Source: a virus. Taken from it: DNA of 64,000 nucleotides. Both the position numbers and the translations under genes were made by a program. The notes below the pieces were generated by a model. That model was given only the letters and a program-made list of their open reading frames with translations. It searched no databases and was not told the DNA's origin. The DNA is taken from the IMG/VR virus record IMGVR_UViG_3300028844_007948, positions 1 through 64,000 of that record, one strand, 5' to 3'. Positions 37,234 through 46,200 of the stretch are shown one piece after another. How positions within the stretch are numbered: position 1 is the stretch's first letter; each line of letters starts with the position of its first letter.

Positions 37234-38219
37234 GAAAGATCCATAAGATCTTTCATGTTAAGGCTACCCCCTTTTTTTCTCGCAGCTTCAGAAAGTGAGC
37301 TTCCAGATTTAATGGAAGTTTTTTCGACTCCCATGTATTCGTAATCTTCTGCGGTTGCGCCAAAAACAGTAGAGGCTCCATCTTTATTTAAATGCTCTTT
37401 CATTTTCTCTCTACTTTTAGAGTTGCTTGAAAAATCTAATAATGCCGCTGGATCTTTTCTTATTTTTTCGGGGATATCTTGGTTGTTATCGAATATATTT
37501 TTAAAAACTCTACTGTAAGTTAGTATAGATAACTGGTTATTAGTTAAATCAATTGCAGACTTACCAAAAAAACTATGTGGGCCGTCAGCCATATACATAA
37601 ATGGAAAAAAGAATTCCTCTAAAATTATTTTTTGTATATTTTCCTCGCTGACAGATTTTACAACAGAATTATTTATTTCTGTTAGCTCTTTTATTTCACT
37701 GTAAGATAAGCTTGCAAAAAAATCATCAGACAAATATTTAGTTTTAAGATCTTTATCTTTGTAAAAACAATTTATGATAAAGTAATCATTTATTTGTTTG
37801 GAAGAATAACTTTCTGCAGTATTTCCAAGTATAGATTGCCTCTCAGACAATTTATTATTTAATTTTCCCTGCTCTTCATCGATTATTTTTTGATGAGCAT
37901 CTCTTTCTGATTTTAAATTTAAATTAGATTTTGTTTTTAATAAGTTATCTATAAAAATTTCTTGACCATCTATAAATGACTCATCTTTTTCTGACCAAAT
38001 ATCATTTTCTATAGCTTCCTCTAAGCATTTTTTCTCAGTTTGCAGACCTCTTCCTATAGCTTTCTTTAAGAAAAGGTCTTGCTTTTCATTGATGTCTATG
38101 TAATCGTTTGCATGGAGGTGCTTTACATAAACTTCCTCTTTTTTGTAATAAGATTTGCTATACCCTAGGCAAACATCTCTAAATATTTTTCTGTAGAAGT
38201 AATCGTCTTTCTCATACAT
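37230..38219 (-). CDS. Hypothetical protein, possible tail assembly chaperone (paralog of 38212-38973)
   Basis: Shares RGLQT/RGILT and SILGNTAESY/SLFNHTADSK blocks with its neighbour. Confidence 0.6.
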   Translation of the reverse strand: MYEKDDYFYRKIFRDVCLGYSKSYYKKEEVYVKHLHANDYIDINEKQDLFLKKAIGRGLQTEKKCLEEAIENDIWSEKDESFIDGQEIFIDNLLKTKSNLNLKSERDAHQKIIDEEQGKLNNKLSERQSILGNTAESYSSKQINDYFIINCFYKDKDLKTKYLSDDFFASLSYSEIKELTEINNSVVKSVSEENIQKIILEEFFFPFMYMADGPHSFFGKSAIDLTNNQLSILTYSRVFKNIFDNNQDIPEKIRKDPAALLDFSSNSKSREKMKEHLNKDGASTVFGATAEDYEYMGVEKTSIKSGSSLSEAARKKGGSLNMKDLMDLS

Positions 38220-38973
38220 TTCCAGAGTCTATATCGTCATTCAAACTATCGAAATCTTCTTTTGACGCGTTAGCACTGAAATACCAAAAACTTAATACAG
38301 ATAAAAGTTTATCTTTAACAAGGTCAAAGATTTCATGGCCGTTTTCATCAATATCATAATATTGTTCTATTTTATCTTGAACTTCTTCTCCGTTAAAGAA
38401 TGGCTTAGCATCAAGATCTTCGTCTTCTTGATAAAAAGACAAATGGACTAAATACCACAATATAACTTTATTTTGAGCTTTGCTGTCTGCGGTATGATTA
38501 AAAAGCGAAGAGTAAGATGTTTCCATGTCTACTATATCCCTCCTCTTTTCTGCCATTTCACCTAAGAGGTTACTTAACTTTTTTTCATCCTTATCATCCT
38601 TTTTTGGCTTGGAGGAAAGCCTGCTGTATCTATTTTGGAGATCTCCAAGTTCGCTATACCTTCGAGTTAGAAGTTTGGCATCATCTTCTGTTAGAAGGCC
38701 TCCTGTGTCACTATATTTTTTAGCTAGCATTGCTTTTGTAAGAATGCCCCTCTTAATGCATTTACTCATCTCAATGCTATATTCAATGTCAGCTTCTTCT
38801 AAATCTCTTCTATTTGGCTCTTTCAATATAATTTTAACTGGTACTGGCTTCTTTTTGGTTTCCTCAACGGAGTATTCTTCCATCTTGCCAGTTTCTTTAT
38901 TCTTTCTTTTCTTTGTTACTGATTCTGTGACGTCTCTTTCGACATCAACACTGAAGCTATATATTTCTTTCAT
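38212..38973 (-). CDS. Hypothetical protein, possible tail assembly chaperone
   Basis: IILKEPNRRDLEEA pattern resembles tail assembly chaperones; paralogous to the next gene. Confidence 0.6.
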   Translation of the reverse strand: MKEIYSFSVDVERDVTESVTKKRKNKETGKMEEYSVEETKKKPVPVKIILKEPNRRDLEEADIEYSIEMSKCIKRGILTKAMLAKKYSDTGGLLTEDDAKLLTRRYSELGDLQNRYSRLSSKPKKDDKDEKKLSNLLGEMAEKRRDIVDMETSYSSLFNHTADSKAQNKVILWYLVHLSFYQEDEDLDAKPFFNGEEVQDKIEQYYDIDENGHEIFDLVKDKLLSVLSFWYFSANASKEDFDSLNDDIDSGNV

Positions 38974-38984
38974 ATTGATAGATG

Positions 38985-39290
38985 TTACTCGTAATAATTA
39001 TTGAATTTAAAATGCACTATGAATTTGTCAAGATCTTCATTTTGATTCCTTAAGGAATCGTTCCCCATATCTAATACTCTTTTTCTTAAGTATTGCATTT
39101 TCTTGAAATCAAAATAATTAGCTTGGTCAATCAGTGCGTGATATTTTTCAGGTAAAGAGATTTTTAATTTAGTAAAATGTATATTATGGTCTTCGTTCAA
39201 ATCTTCAAGTAGATGAAGGAAGCTTTTAAATAAACCTTTAACATGCTTTTCATATCTATCCTGAAGTATTTCCTTGTCTTTATCACTCAT
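38985..39290 (-). CDS. Hypothetical protein
   Basis: 101-aa ORF with TATAAT upstream; LRKRVLDMGND motif. Confidence 0.7.
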   Translation of the reverse strand: MSDKDKEILQDRYEKHVKGLFKSFLHLLEDLNEDHNIHFTKLKISLPEKYHALIDQANYFDFKKMQYLRKRVLDMGNDSLRNQNEDLDKFIVHFKFNNYYE

Positions 39291-39338
39291 GATACAATTA
39301 AGATATTATATTTTAATAAATATTTTTTTCTATAAAAA

Positions 39339-39343
39339 GTGTA
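39339..39343 (+). promoter_or_regulatory. GTGTA putative late-promoter element
   Basis: Upstream of the ATG at 39359. Confidence 0.6.
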
Positions 39344-39358
39344 ATTTATATTTAAGAC

Positions 39359-39817
39359 ATGCCTAATTTGATACCAGATTCCGAGAAACAGGCTTTACAG
39401 CAGGCTTTCAATGATATACATGATACCTTTTCTAGGCCAGTCTACTACATAAAAGAAGCTAAAACTGTAGTACTACAAACAAGCCCTTCGTTCAATTCTA
39501 TTTATAGCCAAGGAGCGTCGTTAAAAAAATCAATTAAAAAAACAATTAATTCTGGCCAGTTCAATGCTAGAATAACATATGACACAGATAAAGCTAATTC
39601 TTACTTGAATGACCCTGAGATAGATTCTCAATTAAAATTAAGACTCCCCGACGGATATGTTAGAATAAAAGTTGACTCCAGTGGATATAATATAATTAAG
39701 GAAACAAAGAGGGTTTTATTTGATGAAAGAACTTTTTCTATAGAAAGCGATGTCCGCCCTCACGGTCTTTTTTCACCCAGCTATTATACTTTCTTTTTAC
39801 TACCTACCGAAAAATAA
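39359..39817 (+). CDS. Putative head-closure (stopper) protein
   Basis: 152-aa beta-rich protein in the neck position. Confidence 0.55.
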   Translation: MPNLIPDSEKQALQQAFNDIHDTFSRPVYYIKEAKTVVLQTSPSFNSIYSQGASLKKSIKKTINSGQFNARITYDTDKANSYLNDPEIDSQLKLRLPDGYVRIKVDSSGYNIIKETKRVLFDERTFSIESDVRPHGLFSPSYYTFFLLPTEK

Positions 39818-39818
39818 G

Positions 39819-40466
39819 ATGATATCTAGCAGTGTAATTAGATCTATAAATTCTCAACTACAAAGAGAGATAGGAGCCAAAGTAGAAGCTATAGTAATAA
39901 AAGAATTTGAAGCAATTAAGCGACAAATGATAGATGAATTTGAAAATCATTTAATAACAAGAGAAATAGAAGCGGGAGAATCCTCTAGTAATATTAGCGG
40001 CACTCTTAGTGGTTATGGAAATTTATTTACATTTATAGGTTTTCAAGAAGGGGATAGTCCATTATCGGAAGTGAGAAGAAGATTGGAGGCAACATCTATA
40101 AGGAAGACTTCTTATCGAGCAGGTAAATGGGAATTCATAACAACAGAGCCGACTAAAGAGGAGTTATTCTCAATGACACCATTGCCTTGGGCAAGCGGAA
40201 GAAGCTGGATAGACGGAATAGAAACTGGCTTATCTGGACTAGGTTATTATTTATACATAAGAGGTAAAGATTTAAAAGGATCGAGGTCTGGACCTGCAAT
40301 ACAGCTAAAAGGCGGAAAGAAATCAGATTCAGCTTTTGGTGGAGATTCTACAGGTGGAGCAATTAAAAACCAGAGATCCAGGTACAAGAGAGTCTCTTAT
40401 ATGTCAAAGATTTTAAGAAATTTCAATGCGAAAACTTTAGCTTTAACAAAAAGGGCTATAACATGA
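39819..40466 (+). CDS. Putative neck / tail-completion protein (start moved to 39819)
   Basis: ATG 1 nt after the upstream stop; GNLFTFIGF, PWASGRSWIDGIETG. Confidence 0.55.
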   Translation: MISSSVIRSINSQLQREIGAKVEAIVIKEFEAIKRQMIDEFENHLITREIEAGESSSNISGTLSGYGNLFTFIGFQEGDSPLSEVRRRLEATSIRKTSYRAGKWEFITTEPTKEELFSMTPLPWASGRSWIDGIETGLSGLGYYLYIRGKDLKGSRSGPAIQLKGGKKSDSAFGGDSTGGAIKNQRSRYKRVSYMSKILRNFNAKTLALTKRAIT

Positions 40467-41323
40467 AGCCTAATTTCGCGCATGAAGCTACGACCAGTTT
40501 CTCGATGTGGTTTGAACATCACCTAGTGGAGCATGGAGAAGCATTCGAAAACAAAACTGGAATTTTGTATTATGTTGAGGACGAAAGGCTTCCCGATGGT
40601 TTCTTTAGGTACAGTAGTCCATACAAACAATGGGTAACAGAAAGCGGTGCAGGGGGAGCATTTGTACCAACTGGAATATCTGGATCTAACGGAATAATAG
40701 AGAAAAACAATAAAAGCGATGGATATTTTATAGACTTTAATAACGGAGGAATTGTTGTAACAGGAGATTCCGCATCAGACTCAATGAATCTAAGTGGAGC
40801 ATTCTCCGTTAAAGAGTTTAATATTTATAATACTAATGAGACAGAAGAATCTTTAGTAATCGAAAATAAGTTTGTAGCAAATAGTAGATTCTCTATACCA
40901 GAAAGTGGGATCGCTCCATATGACATGGTCACCCCTGCTGTTTTTATAAATAATGAATATATGGAAAACACTCCTTATGCATTTGGGGGTGAAGATAAAA
41001 CCACAGTAAGTTTCAAGTCAGTAGTTCTTGCGGAGAATTTATACCAATTAGATGGAATACTATCTTTGTTTTCTGATACAAGGAATGTATGCTTTCCTAA
41101 AATGAATTTTGAAGACTATCCTATAAACGAATATGGAGACCTGAAGACTGGAAAATACTCATACAAGGAATTGGTTTTACAGAAAGGAAGTAACCTTTTT
41201 AATATAGAAAGAGCTGTTACATCTAAGATAAGTGAGAACGTTAGAACTAAGATATCGCCTTCACTTTATGTAGGATTTATTGATTTTGAAATATCTCAAC
41301 CCAGATTTCCTAGGATTTATTAA
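40463..41323 (+). CDS. Putative tail terminator protein
   Basis: Directly upstream of the tail tube; PAVFI...PYAFGGED...VGFIDFEI pattern. Confidence 0.55.
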   Translation: MKPNFAHEATTSFSMWFEHHLVEHGEAFENKTGILYYVEDERLPDGFFRYSSPYKQWVTESGAGGAFVPTGISGSNGIIEKNNKSDGYFIDFNNGGIVVTGDSASDSMNLSGAFSVKEFNIYNTNETEESLVIENKFVANSRFSIPESGIAPYDMVTPAVFINNEYMENTPYAFGGEDKTTVSFKSVVLAENLYQLDGILSLFSDTRNVCFPKMNFEDYPINEYGDLKTGKYSYKELVLQKGSNLFNIERAVTSKISENVRTKISPSLYVGFIDFEISQPRFPRIY

Positions 41324-41345
41324 TTTTAATAAAAATAAAAAAATT

Positions 41346-41374
41346 TTCACATTATATTATATTTAATGTAATTT
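41346..41374 (+). promoter_or_regulatory. Promoter TTCACAT-N13-ATGTAATTT
   Basis: Matches the element at 33656-33684; upstream of the tail tube gene. Confidence 0.65.
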
Positions 41375-41427
41375 AGAATGAACCCAATTTGTCAAAATAT
41401 CAACATTAATTAACAACTTTAAAAATC

Positions 41428-43176
41428 ATGGCCAGAAATAGAGTAATTTATCAAAGTGAAGCGCTTTTCGTTAGCCCTAATGCTACTGGCGCACACTTTA
41501 CATGTACAGCTGTCATAACAGGAATGGGACCAACTGGAGTGGCGGGTGTCGGACCTAACCTCGGAGGTCTAGGAGGACCTTCACTAGAAAGTGGAAATGC
41601 TTTAGGATTGCATACCCTAACAAACCCTATCGGTTTGTCAGAGGACCCAATTATATTAAAAAATAGAAGCAATGACAACTTTAGTAATGCAAGATTGGCA
41701 AGGGCAAGAAGTGTTGGTATAAAAATTGGTGACCCAGGGCTTTTAGACATCATTAACATTAGTGGTGCCGCTGAAGCTTCAATAAATGAAGAATTACGTT
41801 CAAAATTTGGCTGGGAGCCAGTAGGATCACCAAGTATAAATGGAGCTTCAAATCAAAATCTAGCTAGAGCTTTAATGGCTGGCGGGCAGACTGGACAATT
41901 AGCATTCTTCTCTAGAAAAGATAATTGGGATAATGCTACTGGTGCATATTATAATGAAATCCCTGGGCCAGCTGTTAGAGATGTAATACCTGACAAAAAC
42001 CACACACCTATAGGTGTGTTTTTACAACCATGGTCTGGATCATATGAAAATATGATTTCACAGGTTCATAGAGTTCAAAGTGCTAACTATAGTTTCACTA
42101 TTAATAGAACAGATGTTAATACATTTGGACAATTGGCTAGAATAGATGCTATTGCTCTTGAGCCGCCCACAGTTAACTTAGATTTTACATATTATCCTAC
42201 GGACGGCTTCAACGAAAGAAACCTTGGGTTTTATGTTCAAGGAGAAGATGGTTTAGGAAAAGGAATGGGATCCGAAGGAAAGAATGCTGCTGCAGATCAC
42301 CTTAAGGCAGATAATGCTGGCAAGAACTTCTTCATCCTTACAACTCCTGAATCTACTGATGCATTCAATACAACAGATGCGGTTTCAGAAAGAAGTGTTA
42401 TAGGTCTCGGAAATGGATTCTTGAGTGATTACACAATCGAAGCATCTGTTGGATCAATACCTACCGCAAATACTACCATTGAGTTGTACAATGCCAAGTC
42501 AGATATCGGAACTACAGGAGTAACTATCCCTGGAATTGGCCTCAAGGATGGTGTACCTTCTAGCGGAATTAACTTCAGTCTTGGTCATCCTGAGGCATTA
42601 AGAGGTGACTACAAAGGAGCATCTCCAAGTACGGGGCTTTTTGGAACTTCCTCAATCACAGCATTGAGGCCTGGAGATATCCAACTTGAGATTCCAAATG
42701 GACTATCTATGATAGCTAAGGTTTCTGGAGAAGGATCTATACATATTCAAAACTTCAGCCTCAGTATGCCATTGAGCAGAAGCCCAATCGATAGATTAGG
42801 TACTAGGTTCGCATTTTCTAGAGTTGTAGATCTTCCTGTTACAGCATCCTTGAGTGTAAGTGCTCTAATGTCTGATGTCGGAACTGGAAACCTTGCATCC
42901 CTGCTTGATGATTGTAAAGAGCATGACATCAAAGTTAAGATGATGGGGCAAGTAGGCTGTGAATTTGGTAATCCAAAAATAGAAGCTTTAACTATAGACT
43001 TCAAAGGTGCACGTGTTGATAGTGAATCGATATCATCTGATATAGGAAGTAATAAGAGTATTGATCTTACTTTTACTACCCAAATCGGTGGGCCAGAAGA
43101 TCTTATCCATGGAGTATTTATTTCTGGAGCTAACAGGAATAAAATTCCTGAGTATGCTAATGTTCCAAACAGATAA
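41428..43176 (+). CDS. Major tail (tube) protein
   Basis: RVQSANYSFTINRTDVNTFGQ, IQNFSLSMPLSRSPIDRLG (duplicated tube-fold pattern); own promoter and terminator; directly precedes the tape measure gene. Confidence 0.78.
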   Translation: MARNRVIYQSEALFVSPNATGAHFTCTAVITGMGPTGVAGVGPNLGGLGGPSLESGNALGLHTLTNPIGLSEDPIILKNRSNDNFSNARLARARSVGIKIGDPGLLDIINISGAAEASINEELRSKFGWEPVGSPSINGASNQNLARALMAGGQTGQLAFFSRKDNWDNATGAYYNEIPGPAVRDVIPDKNHTPIGVFLQPWSGSYENMISQVHRVQSANYSFTINRTDVNTFGQLARIDAIALEPPTVNLDFTYYPTDGFNERNLGFYVQGEDGLGKGMGSEGKNAAADHLKADNAGKNFFILTTPESTDAFNTTDAVSERSVIGLGNGFLSDYTIEASVGSIPTANTTIELYNAKSDIGTTGVTIPGIGLKDGVPSSGINFSLGHPEALRGDYKGASPSTGLFGTSSITALRPGDIQLEIPNGLSMIAKVSGEGSIHIQNFSLSMPLSRSPIDRLGTRFAFSRVVDLPVTASLSVSALMSDVGTGNLASLLDDCKEHDIKVKMMGQVGCEFGNPKIEALTIDFKGARVDSESISSDIGSNKSIDLTFTTQIGGPEDLIHGVFISGANRNKIPEYANVPNR

Positions 43177-43196
43177 CACAGGATAACTAAAAATTT

Positions 43197-43227
43197 AAAA
43201 ACCCGCCAATTAGGCGGGTTTTTTTTT
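43197..43227 (+). terminator. Rho-independent terminator
   Basis: AAAAACCCGCC-AATTA-GGCGGGTTTTT followed by a T-run. Confidence 0.9.
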
Positions 43228-43260
43228 GGATATTTTACAGATGTTTTAATTCCTTTTTAT

Positions 43261-43287
43261 GTGTAATATTAGTTAAGGAATAAGGAA
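43261..43287 (+). promoter_or_regulatory. GTGTA element plus tandem TAAGGAA SD-like motif
   Basis: GTGTA at 43261-43265; TAAGGAATAAGGAA immediately before the ATG at 43288. Confidence 0.6.
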
Positions 43288-46200
43288 ATGCCTCTAAAAA
43301 TACCAACAATACAGGTCGGACTAGAAAAGTCTATACAAAAGGCTGTAAAAAATGTCAGCGCTAGAGGGGGCTTATATTTAAGCTTAAATGATAAAAATTT
43401 CACAAGACCACTAGGCAAAATAACTGGGTCTGTAAGTGAATTTAATAGATCCTTAGAGGCTTCAAATGCTAGAGTATTAGCTTTCGGAGCTTCTGTCGGA
43501 ATGATACAAGGTGTGCAAACTGCATTTAAGGCCTTGTTGCAAACCACCATACAGGTAGAAAAGCAATTAACGGAAATTAATATCGTCATGGGACTGACGA
43601 ATAGCCAATTAGATGATTTCTCAAAAGGATTATTTAAAGTAGCAAAAAATACTGCTCAATCTTTCTCTACTGTAGCTACTGCAGCCACAGAACTAGCAAG
43701 ACAAGGTTTAACAATGGAAGAAACCTTGAAAAGGACAAATGATGCTCTCATACTGACTAGGCTGACTGGATTAGACGCAGCTAGTGCGGTGAATGGTTTA
43801 ACTGCCGCATTAAATACATTTAATAAAGCTGGTCTAGATTCTACTCAAATTTTAAGTAAAATGGCTGCCGTAGACGTGCAGTTTGCTGTTAGCACAGAAG
43901 ATTTAATAGATGCTGTTTCTAGAGCTGGTGCTGTAGCTCAAGATGCAGGAGTTAGTTTTGATGAATTACTAGGTGCTGTTACTGCAGCTCAACAAATGAC
44001 AGCTAGAGGTGGTAAGGTTATCGGTAATAGTTTTAAAACTATTTTCACCCGTGTACAAAGATCTACCACGATTAGTAGGCTTGAGGAGCTTGGAATAGCC
44101 GTAAGAGATGTAGCGGGTAACACACTCCCAGCAATTAGAGTATTAGAAAACTTATCAGCCACTTATGATAAGCTAGCAGATACTACAAAAGCTGCTGTAG
44201 CTGAACAAGTTGGTGGAGTTTTCCAAATAAACATTTTAAAAGCTGCTATAAATGACCTTTCTTCATCAAATAGCATTCTAGCTAGAGCAACTCAAATATC
44301 TGCAAGTGCAAGTGATGAAGCATACAAAAAGAATGAAATATTAAATAGATCATTATCTGCATTATCATCACAAGCAGCAACGAGTATAACTGAATTATCT
44401 AATATAATTGGAGAGATTGGATTCTCGAATCAAATAAGAGATTATCTTACATTTATAAGAGATCAGGTATCAAGCATAAATGATTTTCTCGGTCAAAAAG
44501 AAGGGGAATCTGCTGGAGCTGATTTTGCCAAAGGGCTCATTAAAGGCATAGGTAATGTTATTAGTGGTCCAGGTTTACTATTAGCGGCTGGTGTTTTAAT
44601 AAAATTATTCGCAAAAACTTCTACATTTTTAGTGGGAAGTGCTAAAGAATTGATGGGTGTTGTTAGCGCTAGCCAAAGGCAAAAACAAGTTCAAGAATCA
44701 ATAGTAGCTGTATTAGGGGAAAATAGTAGTCTTCAAAAAAGAATATTAGCCCAAGAGGGAAACAGGGCGGCACAAGAGAAGACCATATTAACATTACTTC
44801 AGGCTCAGTCTAGAGAGCAGCAAAGAATAGCTGCTACAGCAAAAGCTGTTGGACCAGCTATACTAAGAGCTGGATTTAACACCTCTTTACAAAGAGGAGG
44901 GAAGATAGCTAGTAGCGGCTTAATCCCAAACTATGTCACCCCGAAAGAAAAAGAAATGGAAAAACAGGGAGCCAGGGACGGTGGATACACTCCTGGCACC
45001 GTTAAATCCATGGACATAAAAGGAAAAGGAAGAATAATATATAATACAGCGGAAAAAGTTAAAAAATTTTCAGGAATGTCTGAGCCAGCAATATTACCAC
45101 CTTGGAGAAGTAAGGCAGGAAGAAAGTACAAAAACACATTTGAAGAAACTCACGGATTCAACCCTTATGCTAATAAAGGAATGATTCCTAATTATTCAAA
45201 ATCTAGATCTAATATTACTTTTAAGGAGATGGGGGGAGGTCAAATTGGGGGCCCCCCAAGGCAGGTCTTATTTAAATCTACGGTTGGAGGGGAGAAGTTC
45301 ACAGATGCTCAAACAATGGAGATCGTAGACCCCAAAAACGGTGGCAAAATGGGACTGCAAGTTATTTTCACTGGAGACTCTCCCTCCGAAATGAGAGGAA
45401 AAGGATACGGAAGAGAGTTGTACGAATACATGGCGAAGTATGCCAAGAGGAATGGCTACGGAGGCTTATATGGAGATATGGGGACTTCCATATCAGCAAT
45501 GAGAGTTGTAGATAGCATAGCAAAAAGAAAAAGCTTTAAAGTTGAAAAAAATCCAGACTTGAAGTTCATAAAAGATGACTTCGAAGAAGAAGGAATCTGG
45601 GGGAGCGACGACTGGACATATAGATTGTCAAACAAAGGCTTAATCCCGAATTACGGAGCATTTTCTCATGATAAAAATTTATTAGGAAGCTTACTCGCTA
45701 ATGATTTCGCCAAAGATGGAAGGATAAAATATCTTGACGCTCTTAGTTATGTTGACGAAAAAGGTTTAACATCTATATTAAAAAGCTTCAATAAATATGG
45801 AGAGCATGATGGCTGGAAGGCTTCTTGGCCTGGAATGCCCGTCAATCAGTTAATGAAGAATTTCCCCAAATACAGTACTGGCGGAAAACCTTACGATAGT
45901 GGAGCCAAAGGGCTTTACAGTGGATTAACCCCAACAAGAATAAAAGAAATATTAGAGAAGCCTGAAATAACAAGGCAATTTTATAAATATATAACTGGAA
46001 AAACATCCTCAATAGATGTGGAGTCTGGCTTGACACCTCAAGAAAAAGATTATTTTAAATCTAATTTTGGGATGGTTCCTAAATTAAAACACATAGAGGA
46101 CGGTTTCGTTTCCAGTGGGGCGAATCAAAAAAAGAAAAATCTTAATGCACTAAGATATGACTTTCTTAAAGCAGGGCCTAAAGGTGGCAGCTCCACCATG

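Noticed and set aside
43177-43287. Programmed-frameshift tail chaperone gene before the TMP
   Set aside because: The 111-bp gap holds only a terminator and promoter.
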